Assembly (NCBI GenBank): GCA_016713365.1
Contig: JADJPG010000007.1
Coordinates: 27,454 to 91,453 of the forward strand
DNA from: Verrucomicrobiota bacterium
GTDB lineage: Bacteria > Verrucomicrobiota > Verrucomicrobiia > Limisphaerales > JADJPG01
DNA length: 64,000 nucleotides
Direction of reading: 5' to 3'
This document shows, one piece after another, positions 33,180-42,862 of this stretch. Below the pieces are notes generated by a model. That model ran no database searches, had not been told where the DNA came from, and worked only from the letters and a program-made list of their open reading frames with translations. Numbering within the stretch: position 1 is the first letter of the stretch; each line of letters starts with the position of its first letter. Position numbers and translations under genes: made by a program.

Positions 33180-33345
33180 AAAACGACAAATGTTTTGTTC
33201 TGAGTTGCGGTGCTGAATCCCCTATTTTGTAGTCGAGCCATCCCCGTTTCGTCAACGATTCAGACAACGTTTCGCGGCATTTTACAAGTCGACCAGCAGC
33301 TTCTTGCGACGAAACAAAGGTGATTGCTCCCTGCGGAGCACAGAT

Positions 33346-34641
33346 TCAACGCTTCGCGGTCCACTCGTTCAGCCCTCGCTCGTCGGAGGGCGGAACGGGC
33401 AGCAGTTGGAGACGCTCCATCGCTTCGCCAATCAGATAGAGCGAACCCGTGATGAGCAGGAATGGATCGCGCGCACTGAGTTGCAGGGCTTGCGCGAGCG
33501 AGTCGCAAACTTCGACGGCCGCGGAGGGATTCGCATTTCGGCAAGCCGAAGCGAGCTCCGACGGAGCCAGCGTGCGGTGGCTGCTGACGGGCACAACAAG
33601 GACGCGTTCCGCCAGCGGCGCAAGGTTTTCTGCGATCGATTGCCAGTCCTTGTCGCTGAGAACACCGAGAATCATCGTCGGCCGCACCTCGCGAAACTGT
33701 TCGCGAAACGCCGCCGCCAGCGCCTGTGCGCTTGGAATATTGTGAGCCCCATCGAGCAATATCTGCTGGCCGGCAGCCGTCGTAACGAGCTGCATTCGTC
33801 CGGGCCAATACACGGTCGAAAGACCGTTCAGGATCGCTTCTTGGGAAATCGGAATCTTCGGTTCCACCGCACGCACCGTGGCGACGGCCACCGCGCCATT
33901 CAATCGCTGGTGCTCGCCCACGAGTGGAATCTTCGCGGCATCCAGCAAAGCGCCACGGGCGTCGTTGCGATCAATGACGGTGAGAAGGGAATCGTTTTCG
34001 TGCGCCACTTTCGCGATCACTTCCAGCCCGCGACCGGGTTCCGCCGCGGTGATGACTGGGACGCCGGGCTTGATGATGCCCGCTTTCTCGGTGGCGATTT
34101 GTTCGTGGGTATTACCCAGCCATTGCTGGTGGTCGAGACCGATGTTGGTAATCACGCTGGCCAGCGGAGTCACGATGTTGGTCGCGTCGAGCCGTCCGCC
34201 CAGTCCCGTTTCCCATACCACCAGATCGCACTGGCGATCTGCGAACTGCCGCAGGGCCATGGCGGTGACGACCTCAAAGAACGTAGGATGCGATTCCACC
34301 GGGAACTTCTGGAGCAATGGCTGAATCTCGCGCACCAGCCGGACGACGTCGTCTTCGGAAGCCGGCACGCGGTTGACCTGCATCCGCTCGTTGAAAGAAA
34401 CGAGATGCGGGGAGGTGAACAATCCCACGCGCAATCCGGCTGCGCGATAGATGCCTTCCAGCATGGCGCAGGTGGACCCCTTCCCGTTGGTGCCGGCCAC
34501 GTGGATGAATCGAAGCTTGTCCTGCTGGCTTCCGAGCATGGCCGTCAGGCGCTGGATGTTCTCCAAGCCCGGCTTCGCCCCGAACACTCCGAGGCTGGAG
34601 AGGAACTCAATGGCGGCGGCGTAAGTCATTTGTATTCGCAA
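33346..34641 (-). CDS. folC: Bifunctional folylpolyglutamate synthase / dihydrofolate synthase.
   Basis: P-loop HVAGTNGKGST, Mur-ligase family blocks VWETGLGGRLDATN and LLDGAHN. Confidence 0.9.
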   Translation of the reverse strand: MRIQMTYAAAIEFLSSLGVFGAKPGLENIQRLTAMLGSQQDKLRFIHVAGTNGKGSTCAMLEGIYRAAGLRVGLFTSPHLVSFNERMQVNRVPASEDDVVRLVREIQPLLQKFPVESHPTFFEVVTAMALRQFADRQCDLVVWETGLGGRLDATNIVTPLASVITNIGLDHQQWLGNTHEQIATEKAGIIKPGVPVITAAEPGRGLEVIAKVAHENDSLLTVIDRNDARGALLDAAKIPLVGEHQRLNGAVAVATVRAVEPKIPISQEAILNGLSTVYWPGRMQLVTTAAGQQILLDGAHNIPSAQALAAAFREQFREVRPTMILGVLSDKDWQSIAENLAPLAERVLVVPVSSHRTLAPSELASACRNANPSAAVEVCDSLAQALQLSARDPFLLITGSLYLIGEAMERLQLLPVPPSDERGLNEWTAKR

Positions 34642-34792
34642 GCTTTGGCATGGGTCGGGACTCAGTATCGCTACTGAGGATGTTTCCCCGATCGCGGGTC
34701 GCGCACAATTTCGGGATTGTCACTCTTCGGCCCGGTGTTACAGTTTCGCCACTCAAAAGACAGCAACCTGTAGTACCCCGGAACACGCGTCT

Positions 34793-35020
34793 ATGCCGAA
34801 CGACAATTCAGAAACTTCGACCGGCGATGATTTGCTCAAGAACTCGACGCTCTACAAGGAATTCCAAGCGGAGCGCGAAGAGATTTTGAAGCACAAGTGG
34901 ATTGAATCCGAGAAGGCCGGTCACGACATCGGCTTTGAACGCGCGCTCACGGACTGGATCATCAAGCACCGGTCCAAATGGCGCAAGAGCCGGCAGACCG
35001 CGCACGCCGGGCACAGTTGA
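34793..35020 (+). CDS. Small conserved hypothetical protein (DUF4032-like motif HKW..SEKAG.D.G).
   Basis: 75-aa ORF with genome-typical codon usage, divergent from folC. The family assignment is tentative. Confidence 0.5.
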   Translation: MPNDNSETSTGDDLLKNSTLYKEFQAEREEILKHKWIESEKAGHDIGFERALTDWIIKHRSKWRKSRQTAHAGHS

Positions 35021-35124
35021 GCTGAGCCATCCGGGCTCAAGTTTTCAGAACTCCTTTAAGGCGGCCCTGTGAGGCGGCCAAGGAACGATGAGAAACGGAT
35101 TTCGAAAACATTATAATTTGCGAC

Positions 35125-35157
35125 ATCGAACGGGCTCCCGCCCGGTTCGATTTTTTT
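35125..35157 (+). terminator. Intrinsic terminator / attenuator hairpin directly upstream of pyrR. This is a candidate PyrR-controlled attenuator.
   Basis: ATCGAACGGGCtccCGCCCGGTTCGAT is followed by TTTTTTT and then ATG at 35158. Confidence 0.5.
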
Positions 35158-35694
35158 ATGCCCGACAAGTCCACCATCCTTAACGCCCAGGCGATTCACC
35201 GCGTGCTCACCCGCATCGCCCACGAAATCGTGGAGCGCAACGACAATGCCAACTCCATCGTCGTCGTCGGCGTGCAACGCGGCGGCATCCACCTCGCGGA
35301 ACGGCTCGGCGGCCTGCTCAAGACCATCTGGGGACACGCGGTTCCTGTCGGCAAACTCGACGTCAGTATGCACCGGGACGATTTGGACCAGCACAGCGCG
35401 CCGAACATCCAGCCCACCGTGATGCCCTTCGACATCAACGGCAAAACCGTCGTCCTCGTCGACGATGTGCTTTTCAGCGGCCGGACCACCCGGGCCGCCC
35501 TGGATGCGCTCAACGACTTCGGCCGCCCACGCCGCATCCAGCTCGCCGTCCTCGTCGACCGCGGTCACCGCGAGCTGCCAATCAAGCCGGATTTCGTTGG
35601 CAAAAACGTTCCCACCGCGGCGAATGAACGCATCGACGTGCAACTGAAGGAAACCGGAGGCGAAGACGCAGTTTACCTCGAGAAAACGGCATGA
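35158..35694 (+). CDS. pyrR: Bifunctional pyr operon regulator / uracil phosphoribosyltransferase PyrR.
   Basis: PRPP-binding [17 protein letters not shown]; family length 178 aa; immediately upstream of pyrB. Confidence 0.95.
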   Translation: MPDKSTILNAQAIHRVLTRIAHEIVERNDNANSIVVVGVQRGGIHLAERLGGLLKTIWGHAVPVGKLDVSMHRDDLDQHSAPNIQPTVMPFDINGKTVVLVDDVLFSGRTTRAALDALNDFGRPRRIQLAVLVDRGHRELPIKPDFVGKNVPTAANERIDVQLKETGGEDAVYLEKTA

Positions 35695-36650
35695 CCAACA
35701 TCAACACCGCCGGCTGGCATCGCAAGCATCTCCTCGACATCGAGTCGCTCACCGCCGAGGAAATCAACGTCGTTCACGACACCACCCGCGCCTTCAAAGC
35801 CGTCGGCGAACGCGCGATCAAGAAGGTCCCCGCCCTGCGCGGCAAGACGGTCATCAACCTCTTCATCGAGCCCTCCACCCGCACCCGGATCAGCTTTGAG
35901 CTCGCCGCCATGCGACTCACGGCGGACGTGATAAACTTCAGCACCGAAGCCTCCTCGTTGAAGAAGGGCGAAACCCTCAAGGACACCGCACGCAACCTCG
36001 AAGCCCTTAACGCGGACATCATTATCATCCGCCACAGCGCGACGGGAGCGCCGCACTTTCTCTCCCGCTTCCTGCGCGGCAGCGTGATCAACGCCGGCGA
36101 CGGCGCGCACGAACATCCCACGCAGGCACTGCTCGACACGTTTACCATTCGCGAAAAGAAAGGCCGCATCGCCGGGCTGAACGTCACGATTCTCGGAGAC
36201 ATCCTCTACAGCCGCGTGGCGCGCTCGAACATCCACGCCCTGCTGAAGCTGGGCGCGAACGTCACCCTTTGCGGACCGTCCACGCTCGTCCCGAAAGTCT
36301 TCGAGCAGATGGGGTGCAAAGTCACTTACAACGTCGACGAAGCCATCGCCGAGGCGGACGTCATCAACCTGCTGCGCATCCAACACGAACGTCAGCGCAA
36401 GACGATGTTCCCGAGCATCGGCGAATACACAAATCTCTTCGGCCTCACCAAGGCGCGCTTCGAGAAGACCAAGCCCGACGCGCTCATCATGCATCCCGGC
36501 CCGATTAATCGCGGCGTGGAAATCAACAGCGAGATCGCCGATTGCGAACGCTCGGTGGTCCTCGAACAAGTCACCAACGGCCTCGCCGTCCGCATGGCCG
36601 TGCTGTTTCTAGTGAACGGCGGCAAAGGTCCGCAGGAAATTGCCGGTTAA
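35691..36650 (+). CDS. pyrB: Aspartate carbamoyltransferase catalytic subunit.
   Basis: Carbamoyl-phosphate binding STRTR, HPTQ, and HPGP/NRGVEI blocks. Confidence 0.95.
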   Translation: MTNINTAGWHRKHLLDIESLTAEEINVVHDTTRAFKAVGERAIKKVPALRGKTVINLFIEPSTRTRISFELAAMRLTADVINFSTEASSLKKGETLKDTARNLEALNADIIIIRHSATGAPHFLSRFLRGSVINAGDGAHEHPTQALLDTFTIREKKGRIAGLNVTILGDILYSRVARSNIHALLKLGANVTLCGPSTLVPKVFEQMGCKVTYNVDEAIAEADVINLLRIQHERQRKTMFPSIGEYTNLFGLTKARFEKTKPDALIMHPGPINRGVEINSEIADCERSVVLEQVTNGLAVRMAVLFLVNGGKGPQEIAG

Positions 36651-36738
36651 CCAGCGGCGAAGAAGAATCGACACGTCAATCTGCGGCAAATAACTCTTGC
36701 ACGCCCGATGGTCGATTTGTAGATTCGCCGTCCCTTGG

Positions 36739-36815
36739 GCACGCATAGCTCAATTGGATAGAGCATCTGACTACGGATCAGAAGGTTTCAGGTTCAACTC
36801 CTGATGCGTGCACCA
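36739..36815 (+). tRNA. tRNA-Arg (anticodon ACG).
   Basis: Cloverleaf: acceptor GCACGCA/TGCGTGC; D arm GCTC..GAGC; anticodon stem TCTGA/TCAGA with loop CTACGGA; T arm TCAGG TTCAACT CCTGA; encoded CCA. 77 nt. Confidence 0.9.
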
Positions 36816-36938
36816 TCCTCAAGGTTTCACTCCCCTCCCTCCACGACGAATTGCCCGAACCGGACAACCCGAGACCTCCGCGCAATCTGTAAAGAATAGG
36901 CCGGCAGAGCAAAAAGCGTTCGCCAACCTCAAGCCGCA

Positions 36939-39464
36939 GTGGCAGGCTTCGCCCCAATGTTCCTGGCAGCGGTCCTCATCTCGGCTGAGAACTGGGTAAT
37001 CCCCGGAGCCATTTTCGCTGCCGTCGTTCTCCTCCTGCTGGCGTGGTCGTATCGCAATGCTCCCGGCGGCGGCGGATTTCGGGCGCTGTGCCTCCTTCTC
37101 AAATTGCTGGGAGTTCTCGCGCTTGCCCTTTGCCTGCTGGAGCCGCTTTGGAGCCGCGAACGCGCCCGGCCGGGCGCCAATTATTTCGCCGTGCTCGCGG
37201 ACAACAGCCAGGGCATGAAGATCAAGGATCGCGGAGCAACCAAATCGCGCGGCGAGAATCTTCAAACGCTGCTGGGCTCTGACAAGCAGGACTGGCAGCC
37301 GAAGCTCGACGAAAACTTCCAGCTGCGCCGTTACCTCTTCGATGCGCGGCTGCAATCCACCCGCGACTTTTCGGAACTCGCCTTTGATGGACGCGTCTCC
37401 TCCATGGTGTCCGCCCTGCGCAATCTCGCCGATCGCTACAAAGGCCAGCCGCTCGCGGGCGTGTTGCTGATGACCGATGGCAACGCCACGGATCTTAGCG
37501 AAGGCTTGCCTGACCTCGCCGGACTGCCCCCGATTTATCCGGTGGTAATGGGAACGGACGACGCAGTGCAGGATGTGTCCTTGCAGCGAATCACCGTCAG
37601 CCAGACGTCGTTCGAGGATGCGCCTGTGACCTTGCAGGCGGAAGTGAGTGCCACCGGCTATCCGGGCGAATCGGTCGTCGCGCAACTGGTGAAGGTGGGC
37701 CATCTCGCCACGCTGACCAACCTGACCACGCCGCCCCCTGCCCCGGTCGTCACCAATACCTCCCGTCGTGCACGAAATCGCGCCGCCACCAATGCCGTCG
37801 CCGCCTCGCCGACCAAGGCGATGGTGATTCCGGCGGACAAGATCGTAACCGAACAACGCCAACTGGCCTCTGAGGACGGCGGTGCGGCGAGTTTCCGTTT
37901 TCAGTTCAAGCCCGACCAGAGCGGGCTTTCGTTCTATCGACTGCAGGTTTCCCCGAAGACTCCGTTGGACACTCTCACCAACAGCGCCGCCACCTCCGAG
38001 GCCACGCTCGCCAACAACAACCGCGTGGTCGTGGTGGATCGCGGTCGCGGTCCCTACCGGATTCTCTACGTCGCCGGGCGACCGAACTGGGAATACAAAT
38101 TCCTCCAGCGCTCGGTCATGGAAGACGATCAGGTTCAATTGGTGGGGCTGTTTCGAATCGCCAAGCGCGAGACCAAGTTTGAATTTCGCGGCCGCGCCGG
38201 CGAATCCAGCAACCCTCTCTTCCGTGGTTTCGGCAACCAGTCGAAGGAAGAAATCGAGCAATACGATCAGCCCGTTTTTCGCGTTGCCAACGCCCCGACC
38301 GAGGATGAATGGAAACGACTGATGCAGGGATTCCCCAAGTTGCCTGAAGACCTCTTCAAATACCACGCCGTCATCGTGGACGATCTTGAATCTCAGTTCT
38401 TCAGCGCCGACCAGATGTCGCTCCTCCAGAAATTTGTCTCCGAACGCGGCGGCGGATTCCTAATGCTCGGCGGCGCGGAATCGTTCAAGGAAGGCAAGTA
38501 TCACCGCACGCCCATCGGCGACATGCTCCCCGTCTACCTCGATGCACCGACCGAGGAGGCCGCGCCCGGCGCCCTGAAACTCGATTTCACCCGCGAAGGC
38601 TGGCTGCAACCGTGGGCCCGCCTGCGCGCGAATGAATCCGACGAACGCCGCCGCCTCGCGGACATCGCGCCCTTCGGCGTGCTGAACAAAGTCCGCGCCA
38701 TCAAGCCTGGCGCCAGCGTCATTGCCACCGCCAGCGACGGACGCACCCAACATCCCGCGCTCGCCGTGCACCGTTTCGGTAACGGCCGCGTCGGCGCCAT
38801 TCTGCTCGGTGACATCTGGCACTGGGGATTCAAGGACGAGGCGAACCAGAAGGACATGGCCAAAGCGTGGCGCCAGACGATGCGCTGGCTCGTGGCTGAC
38901 GTTCCCCAACGCACCGAGCTCGTCGCCGAAGCCAGGGCCGGCGATCCGAATCAAGCCATTCGCCTTCAGGTGAAGGTTCGCGATAAAAAGTTTCAACCGC
39001 TCGACAACGCCAGCGTCACCCTGCATGTGCGGCCCGTCGGCGCCGCCGGCGTCACGAACATCGTCCGGCTCACCGCGGAAGCCGCCCCCAGCCAGGCCGG
39101 AGTTTACGAAGCCACCTACGTTCCGCGTGACACCGGCGGTTACCACGCCGAGGCGGTCGTGGTGGACGAGAACGGCATGGAAGCAGGACGCAGCGAAGTG
39201 GGCTGGACCTCCGACCCGGCGTCCGACGAGTTTCGTTCCCTCAAACCGAATCGCGCCCTGTTGGAAGCGATCGCCAAGGGAACCGGCGGTGAAGTTGTTT
39301 CCGCGAGCAAACTCACCGACTTCGCAAAGTCGCTGCCGAACCGCAAGGCTCCCATTACCGAAAGCTGGACCTCACCGCTCTGGCATCAAGCGGGAGTGTT
39401 CCTCTTCGCCCTCGCGTGCTTCGTCGCCGAGTGGGGACTGCGCCGCAAGCGCGGCCTCGCCTGA
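36939..39464 (+). CDS. BatA-like membrane protein with an N-terminal double-transmembrane domain and a large extracytoplasmic domain (possible VWA or glutamine-amidotransferase-like folds).
   Basis: N-terminal MFLAAVLISAENWVIPGAIFAAVVLLLLAWSY plus a second TM (TIGR02226-like topology). A C-terminal TM (VFLFALACFVAEWGL) is followed by RRKRG. 841 aa. Confidence 0.75.
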   Translation: MAGFAPMFLAAVLISAENWVIPGAIFAAVVLLLLAWSYRNAPGGGGFRALCLLLKLLGVLALALCLLEPLWSRERARPGANYFAVLADNSQGMKIKDRGATKSRGENLQTLLGSDKQDWQPKLDENFQLRRYLFDARLQSTRDFSELAFDGRVSSMVSALRNLADRYKGQPLAGVLLMTDGNATDLSEGLPDLAGLPPIYPVVMGTDDAVQDVSLQRITVSQTSFEDAPVTLQAEVSATGYPGESVVAQLVKVGHLATLTNLTTPPPAPVVTNTSRRARNRAATNAVAASPTKAMVIPADKIVTEQRQLASEDGGAASFRFQFKPDQSGLSFYRLQVSPKTPLDTLTNSAATSEATLANNNRVVVVDRGRGPYRILYVAGRPNWEYKFLQRSVMEDDQVQLVGLFRIAKRETKFEFRGRAGESSNPLFRGFGNQSKEEIEQYDQPVFRVANAPTEDEWKRLMQGFPKLPEDLFKYHAVIVDDLESQFFSADQMSLLQKFVSERGGGFLMLGGAESFKEGKYHRTPIGDMLPVYLDAPTEEAAPGALKLDFTREGWLQPWARLRANESDERRRLADIAPFGVLNKVRAIKPGASVIATASDGRTQHPALAVHRFGNGRVGAILLGDIWHWGFKDEANQKDMAKAWRQTMRWLVADVPQRTELVAEARAGDPNQAIRLQVKVRDKKFQPLDNASVTLHVRPVGAAGVTNIVRLTAEAAPSQAGVYEATYVPRDTGGYHAEAVVVDENGMEAGRSEVGWTSDPASDEFRSLKPNRALLEAIAKGTGGEVVSASKLTDFAKSLPNRKAPITESWTSPLWHQAGVFLFALACFVAEWGLRRKRGLA

Positions 39465-39541
39465 GCAAATTCTTCAGTCGAGCCCGCTTTCCCTCAAATC
39501 CCACTGGCCTCCTGTAAGGCTCGTTGTATAGTCTGCGCCAC

Positions 39542-40630
39542 ATGGAAATTTTTACGAAGATTTTGCGCGCCGCCGTCGACGCCCACGCGTCCGATCTCCA
39601 CATCAAAGTCGGCCATCCGATCACCTTTCGCATCAACCGCCAGCTCATCACTGTCGACGCTCCGACGCCGACGGATGCGTGGTTCGAGACCGTCCTCCAG
39701 CACATCGTGCCCAAGCACCTGATGTCGGCGCTGGAAAAGGATCGCGAATCGGATTTCTCCTACTACGTCGCGGGAGTCGGCCGGTTCCGCACGAACGTCT
39801 TTCAGCAAGGCGGCAAGTGGGCGCTCGCCATGCGCCATGTGAAGAGCCAGGTGCCGAATTTCGAGACGCTCGGTCTCGCCCCGGTTTGCAAGGACATCGC
39901 CGAATCGCCGCGCGGCATCGTGCTGCTGGCCGGCACCACCGGCAGCGGCAAATCAACCACGCTCGCGGCGATGATCGAGCACGTGAACGAGAACTTCAAA
40001 AAGCACATCGTCACGCTCGAAGATCCCGTCGAGTACACGTTCGAGGACAACCAGTCGATCATCGAACAGCGCGAAGTCGGCCTCGACACGCAAAGCTTCC
40101 AGCGCGACTTGAAGAGCGTGCTGCGCCAGGACCCCGACATCATCATGGTCGGTGAAATGCGCGATTCGATCAGCATCCAGGCCGCGATCAGCGCGGCGGA
40201 CACCGGGCATCTCGTCCTCTCCACCATTCACACCACCAACGCGGCGACCTCGATCGGGCGTATTCTGGATTTCTTCCCGGCGGAGGAGCGCGACACCGTG
40301 CGCCGCCAGCTCTCCACGTCCATGCGCGCCGTGATCTGCCAGCGCATGGTGCAGACTCTCGATGGCAAGATGACTCCCGCCCAGGAGATCATGCTGAACA
40401 CTCCGGTGATTCGAAAGATGATCGAAGAGAACCGCCTGGAGAAACTCTCCGCCGCCATCGAGACGGGTCGCGACGACGGCATGCAGAGCTTCAATCAAGG
40501 GCTCTATGATCTGGTGAAGGCCGGCCGCATCTCGAAGGAAGCAGCGCTGGAGAAGGCGACCAACGCGCAGGCGCTGGAGATGATGTTCCAAGGCATCTTC
40601 CTTAGCAGCGGCAGCAGGATTTTGGGATAA
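39542..40630 (+). CDS. pilT: Type IV pilus retraction ATPase PilT.
   Basis: Walker A GTTGSGKSTT, Asp box, Walker B IIMVGEMRD, His box HLVLSTIHT, and the PilT-specific AIRNLIRE-like segment. Confidence 0.9.
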   Translation: MEIFTKILRAAVDAHASDLHIKVGHPITFRINRQLITVDAPTPTDAWFETVLQHIVPKHLMSALEKDRESDFSYYVAGVGRFRTNVFQQGGKWALAMRHVKSQVPNFETLGLAPVCKDIAESPRGIVLLAGTTGSGKSTTLAAMIEHVNENFKKHIVTLEDPVEYTFEDNQSIIEQREVGLDTQSFQRDLKSVLRQDPDIIMVGEMRDSISIQAAISAADTGHLVLSTIHTTNAATSIGRILDFFPAEERDTVRRQLSTSMRAVICQRMVQTLDGKMTPAQEIMLNTPVIRKMIEENRLEKLSAAIETGRDDGMQSFNQGLYDLVKAGRISKEAALEKATNAQALEMMFQGIFLSSGSRILG

Positions 40631-40664
40631 GTCCTGGCCGCCATAATTCCGGCATCAGCAGCCA

Positions 40665-40955
40665 ATGAAGCCCATCGCACTGGCGACAATCGGGGTGCGG
40701 CTTATCGGTGTGGCTCTGCTGGCAGTTGGCATCATTGCGATCGCAAGCGGGGCGTTCGTGAATTTGGCCTTTAGCCTTAATTTTCCAGATAATGGCCTTT
40801 CCGATCTGCACCTCCACGACACCTACTATGTCGTTTCGATGGCCCACGACGGATTGTTCCTGCCCGGCCTCGCTTCACTTCTGGTCGGAATATTCGTGCT
40901 GATTTTCAGCCGAAGAATCGCCCGATGCGTGGCTCGAGGATTTGCTGACGATTAA
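40665..40955 (+). CDS. Small hypothetical membrane protein (two TM segments).
   Basis: 96-aa ORF with two hydrophobic helices; no known motif. Confidence 0.45.
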   Translation: MKPIALATIGVRLIGVALLAVGIIAIASGAFVNLAFSLNFPDNGLSDLHLHDTYYVVSMAHDGLFLPGLASLLVGIFVLIFSRRIARCVARGFADD

Positions 40956-40978
40956 CTCGGAAGCGCCTGCCCCGTGGT

Positions 40979-42862
40979 CTATTTCACCAGCCCCGGCAGC
41001 CACATCGTGAGCATCGGGACGTAAGTGATCAGGATCACCCCGATCAACAATACGAACATCATCGGCAGCGTGGCGCGCGTCACCTCGCTCATCGGCTTGT
41101 TGAAACGGTAGGACGCAAGGAAGAGATTCATGCCGACCGGCGGCGTCAGGAAGCCAAGTTGCAGGTTCGCGAGGAAGACGATGCCGAGGTGGACGGGATC
41201 GATTCCGAACGCGATGCCCATCGGCACGATGAGCGGCACGACCACGACGATGGCCGAGTAGATGTCCATCAGGCAGCCCACCACGAGCAGGAAGAGATTC
41301 AGCAGCAGCAGGAACATCCACGGCGAATGCACCGTGGCCTTCACCCAGTCCACGCCCATCGTCGGCACGTCCGCGAGGATCAGGAACTTCGTCAGGCCCA
41401 TCGCCACGCCGAGAATCAGCAGCACACCACCGATGATCATCCCGCATTCCGTCATCACGCGCGGCACGTCCTTGAAGAGACGCAGATCCCGGTGCAACAC
41501 CACCTGGGTGAAGAACGCATACAGCGCCGCCACCGCCGCAGCTTCGACGGGAGTCGCCAGTCCGCCGAACATCACACCCAACGTCAGCCCCGGCAGCAGC
41601 AGTTCCCACTTCGCGTCCTTCAAGGCCGCCCACGCTTCGCGACCATCAAAGGCCGGCAAGGACGCCTTGTCCTTGGGACCGACGCGAATCGCCCACCACG
41701 CCGTCAGCGCCACCAGCAGGAATCCTGGCACGATGCCACCGAGAAAAAGTTTGTTGATGGAGACATCCGGCGTCGCCACGCCTTCGGGCAGCTGCAGTTC
41801 CTGCACAACGCGCTGGGCGATGACTGCGTAAAGAATCAACGGCAGACACGGCGGGAACAACAAGCCGAGCGACCCCGCTCCCGTGACCAGCCCAAGCGCG
41901 TTGCGTTCTGAATACTTCGCCTGCACCAGCACCGGCATCAGCAATCCGCCAAGCGCAAGAATCGTCACGCCGCTGGCGCCGGTGAACGACGTGAAGAACG
42001 CGCAAACGAGCGCCGTAACGATGCCCGTGCCGCCGCGCAGCGAACCGAACAAGGCTTGAAACACGCGCACCAACCGTTTCGACGCGCCGCCTTCCGCGAG
42101 GAAGTAGCCCGCCAGCGTGAACAACGGCAGGCTCGGCAGCATCGGGTCCGTGACCAGCGAATAATGTTCGAGCGGAATGAGCGTCACCTCCCGCTCCGTA
42201 CCCCACAGCAGAATCATCGCTGCGCCCGCCAGCGTCGTGAACAGCGGCGCTCCCAGCACCGTCGCCGCCGCCAGCGCGATGAAGCACGGCCAGATCAAAC
42301 TCGCGGGCGCAATGGGAAGCTTCATCAGCGCCAGCGCGATCAACGCCGTCAGGAGCGCCGTAGCGCCACGCGCAGCCCACTTGGTGGAAGCCGCCCAGCA
42401 CAGTCGCACTGCCACCAATCCGTAGCCGATGGGGAGAAAAACATGGAACGCGCGCAGCGGAATGCCATAGGCGATGTCGCGATCGCCGGGTTCCACTTCG
42501 AGATACCGCATCGCCGCGCGGAAGAGCACCACACTGATCGCGGCGGCGATGGCATTCGCAAACACGGACGCGGCGATCTTCCAGCCGGGTGAAAAGAGAT
42601 TCGGCAGCGAGGAAAGGGAAAGCAGCCGGCTCTCGCGCGCGGCAATGGCTCCGCCGAGCACGCCGATGAGGAGAGTGAAGTGCTGAACGAAAACGCTGGA
42701 ACCCGAGACTCCGCTGATGCCCAGCTTGCGCGTAGCGGCTTCGAGCAACGGCAGAATCATCACCGCCGCAAGCACCGCAGTGAGGAATCCGTTCTCACCG
42801 GAACGCAGCAACCGCAGCCAGAGCGGCGCCGGGCGCTCCGCCACCGCCCCGGAATCGGTCAT
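40979..42862 (-). CDS. TRAP transporter fused permease (DctQ-like 4TM fused to DctM-like 12TM).
   Basis: Polytopic, about 627 aa. DctM family blocks are present, and the gene lies immediately downstream of dctP-like and tatT-like genes. The start is placed at MTDSGAV (42862). Confidence 0.88.
   Translation of the reverse strand: MTDSGAVAERPAPLWLRLLRSGENGFLTAVLAAVMILPLLEAATRKLGISGVSGSSVFVQHFTLLIGVLGGAIAARESRLLSLSSLPNLFSPGWKIAASVFANAIAAAISVVLFRAAMRYLEVEPGDRDIAYGIPLRAFHVFLPIGYGLVAVRLCWAASTKWAARGATALLTALIALALMKLPIAPASLIWPCFIALAAATVLGAPLFTTLAGAAMILLWGTEREVTLIPLEHYSLVTDPMLPSLPLFTLAGYFLAEGGASKRLVRVFQALFGSLRGGTGIVTALVCAFFTSFTGASGVTILALGGLLMPVLVQAKYSERNALGLVTGAGSLGLLFPPCLPLILYAVIAQRVVQELQLPEGVATPDVSINKLFLGGIVPGFLLVALTAWWAIRVGPKDKASLPAFDGREAWAALKDAKWELLLPGLTLGVMFGGLATPVEAAAVAALYAFFTQVVLHRDLRLFKDVPRVMTECGMIIGGVLLILGVAMGLTKFLILADVPTMGVDWVKATVHSPWMFLLLLNLFLLVVGCLMDIYSAIVVVVPLIVPMGIAFGIDPVHLGIVFLANLQLGFLTPPVGMNLFLASYRFNKPMSEVTRATLPMMFVLLIGVILITYVPMLTMWLPGLVK

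Noticed and set aside
28621-33180. Interpreting the tandem near-identical copies as two functional paralogous genes.
   Set aside because: Copy 2 is fragmented over at least 6 frames and lacks about 190 bp, and copy 1 also has indels. Given the window-wide indel problem, an assembly artefact of a repeat cannot be excluded, so I only call copy 2 a decayed paralog (pseudogene) with moderate confidence.
33304-34677. Plus-strand 457-aa ORF.
   Set aside because: Antisense to folC.
35111-35118. Perfect TATAAT hexamer upstream of pyrR.
   Set aside because: It lies only about 7 nt before the attenuator hairpin, which leaves no room for a PyrR-binding leader. No suitable -35 at 17 bp spacing. Probably fortuitous in an AT-rich leader.
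36819-38366. Minus-strand 515-aa ORF.
   Set aside because: Antisense to the BatA-like membrane protein gene.
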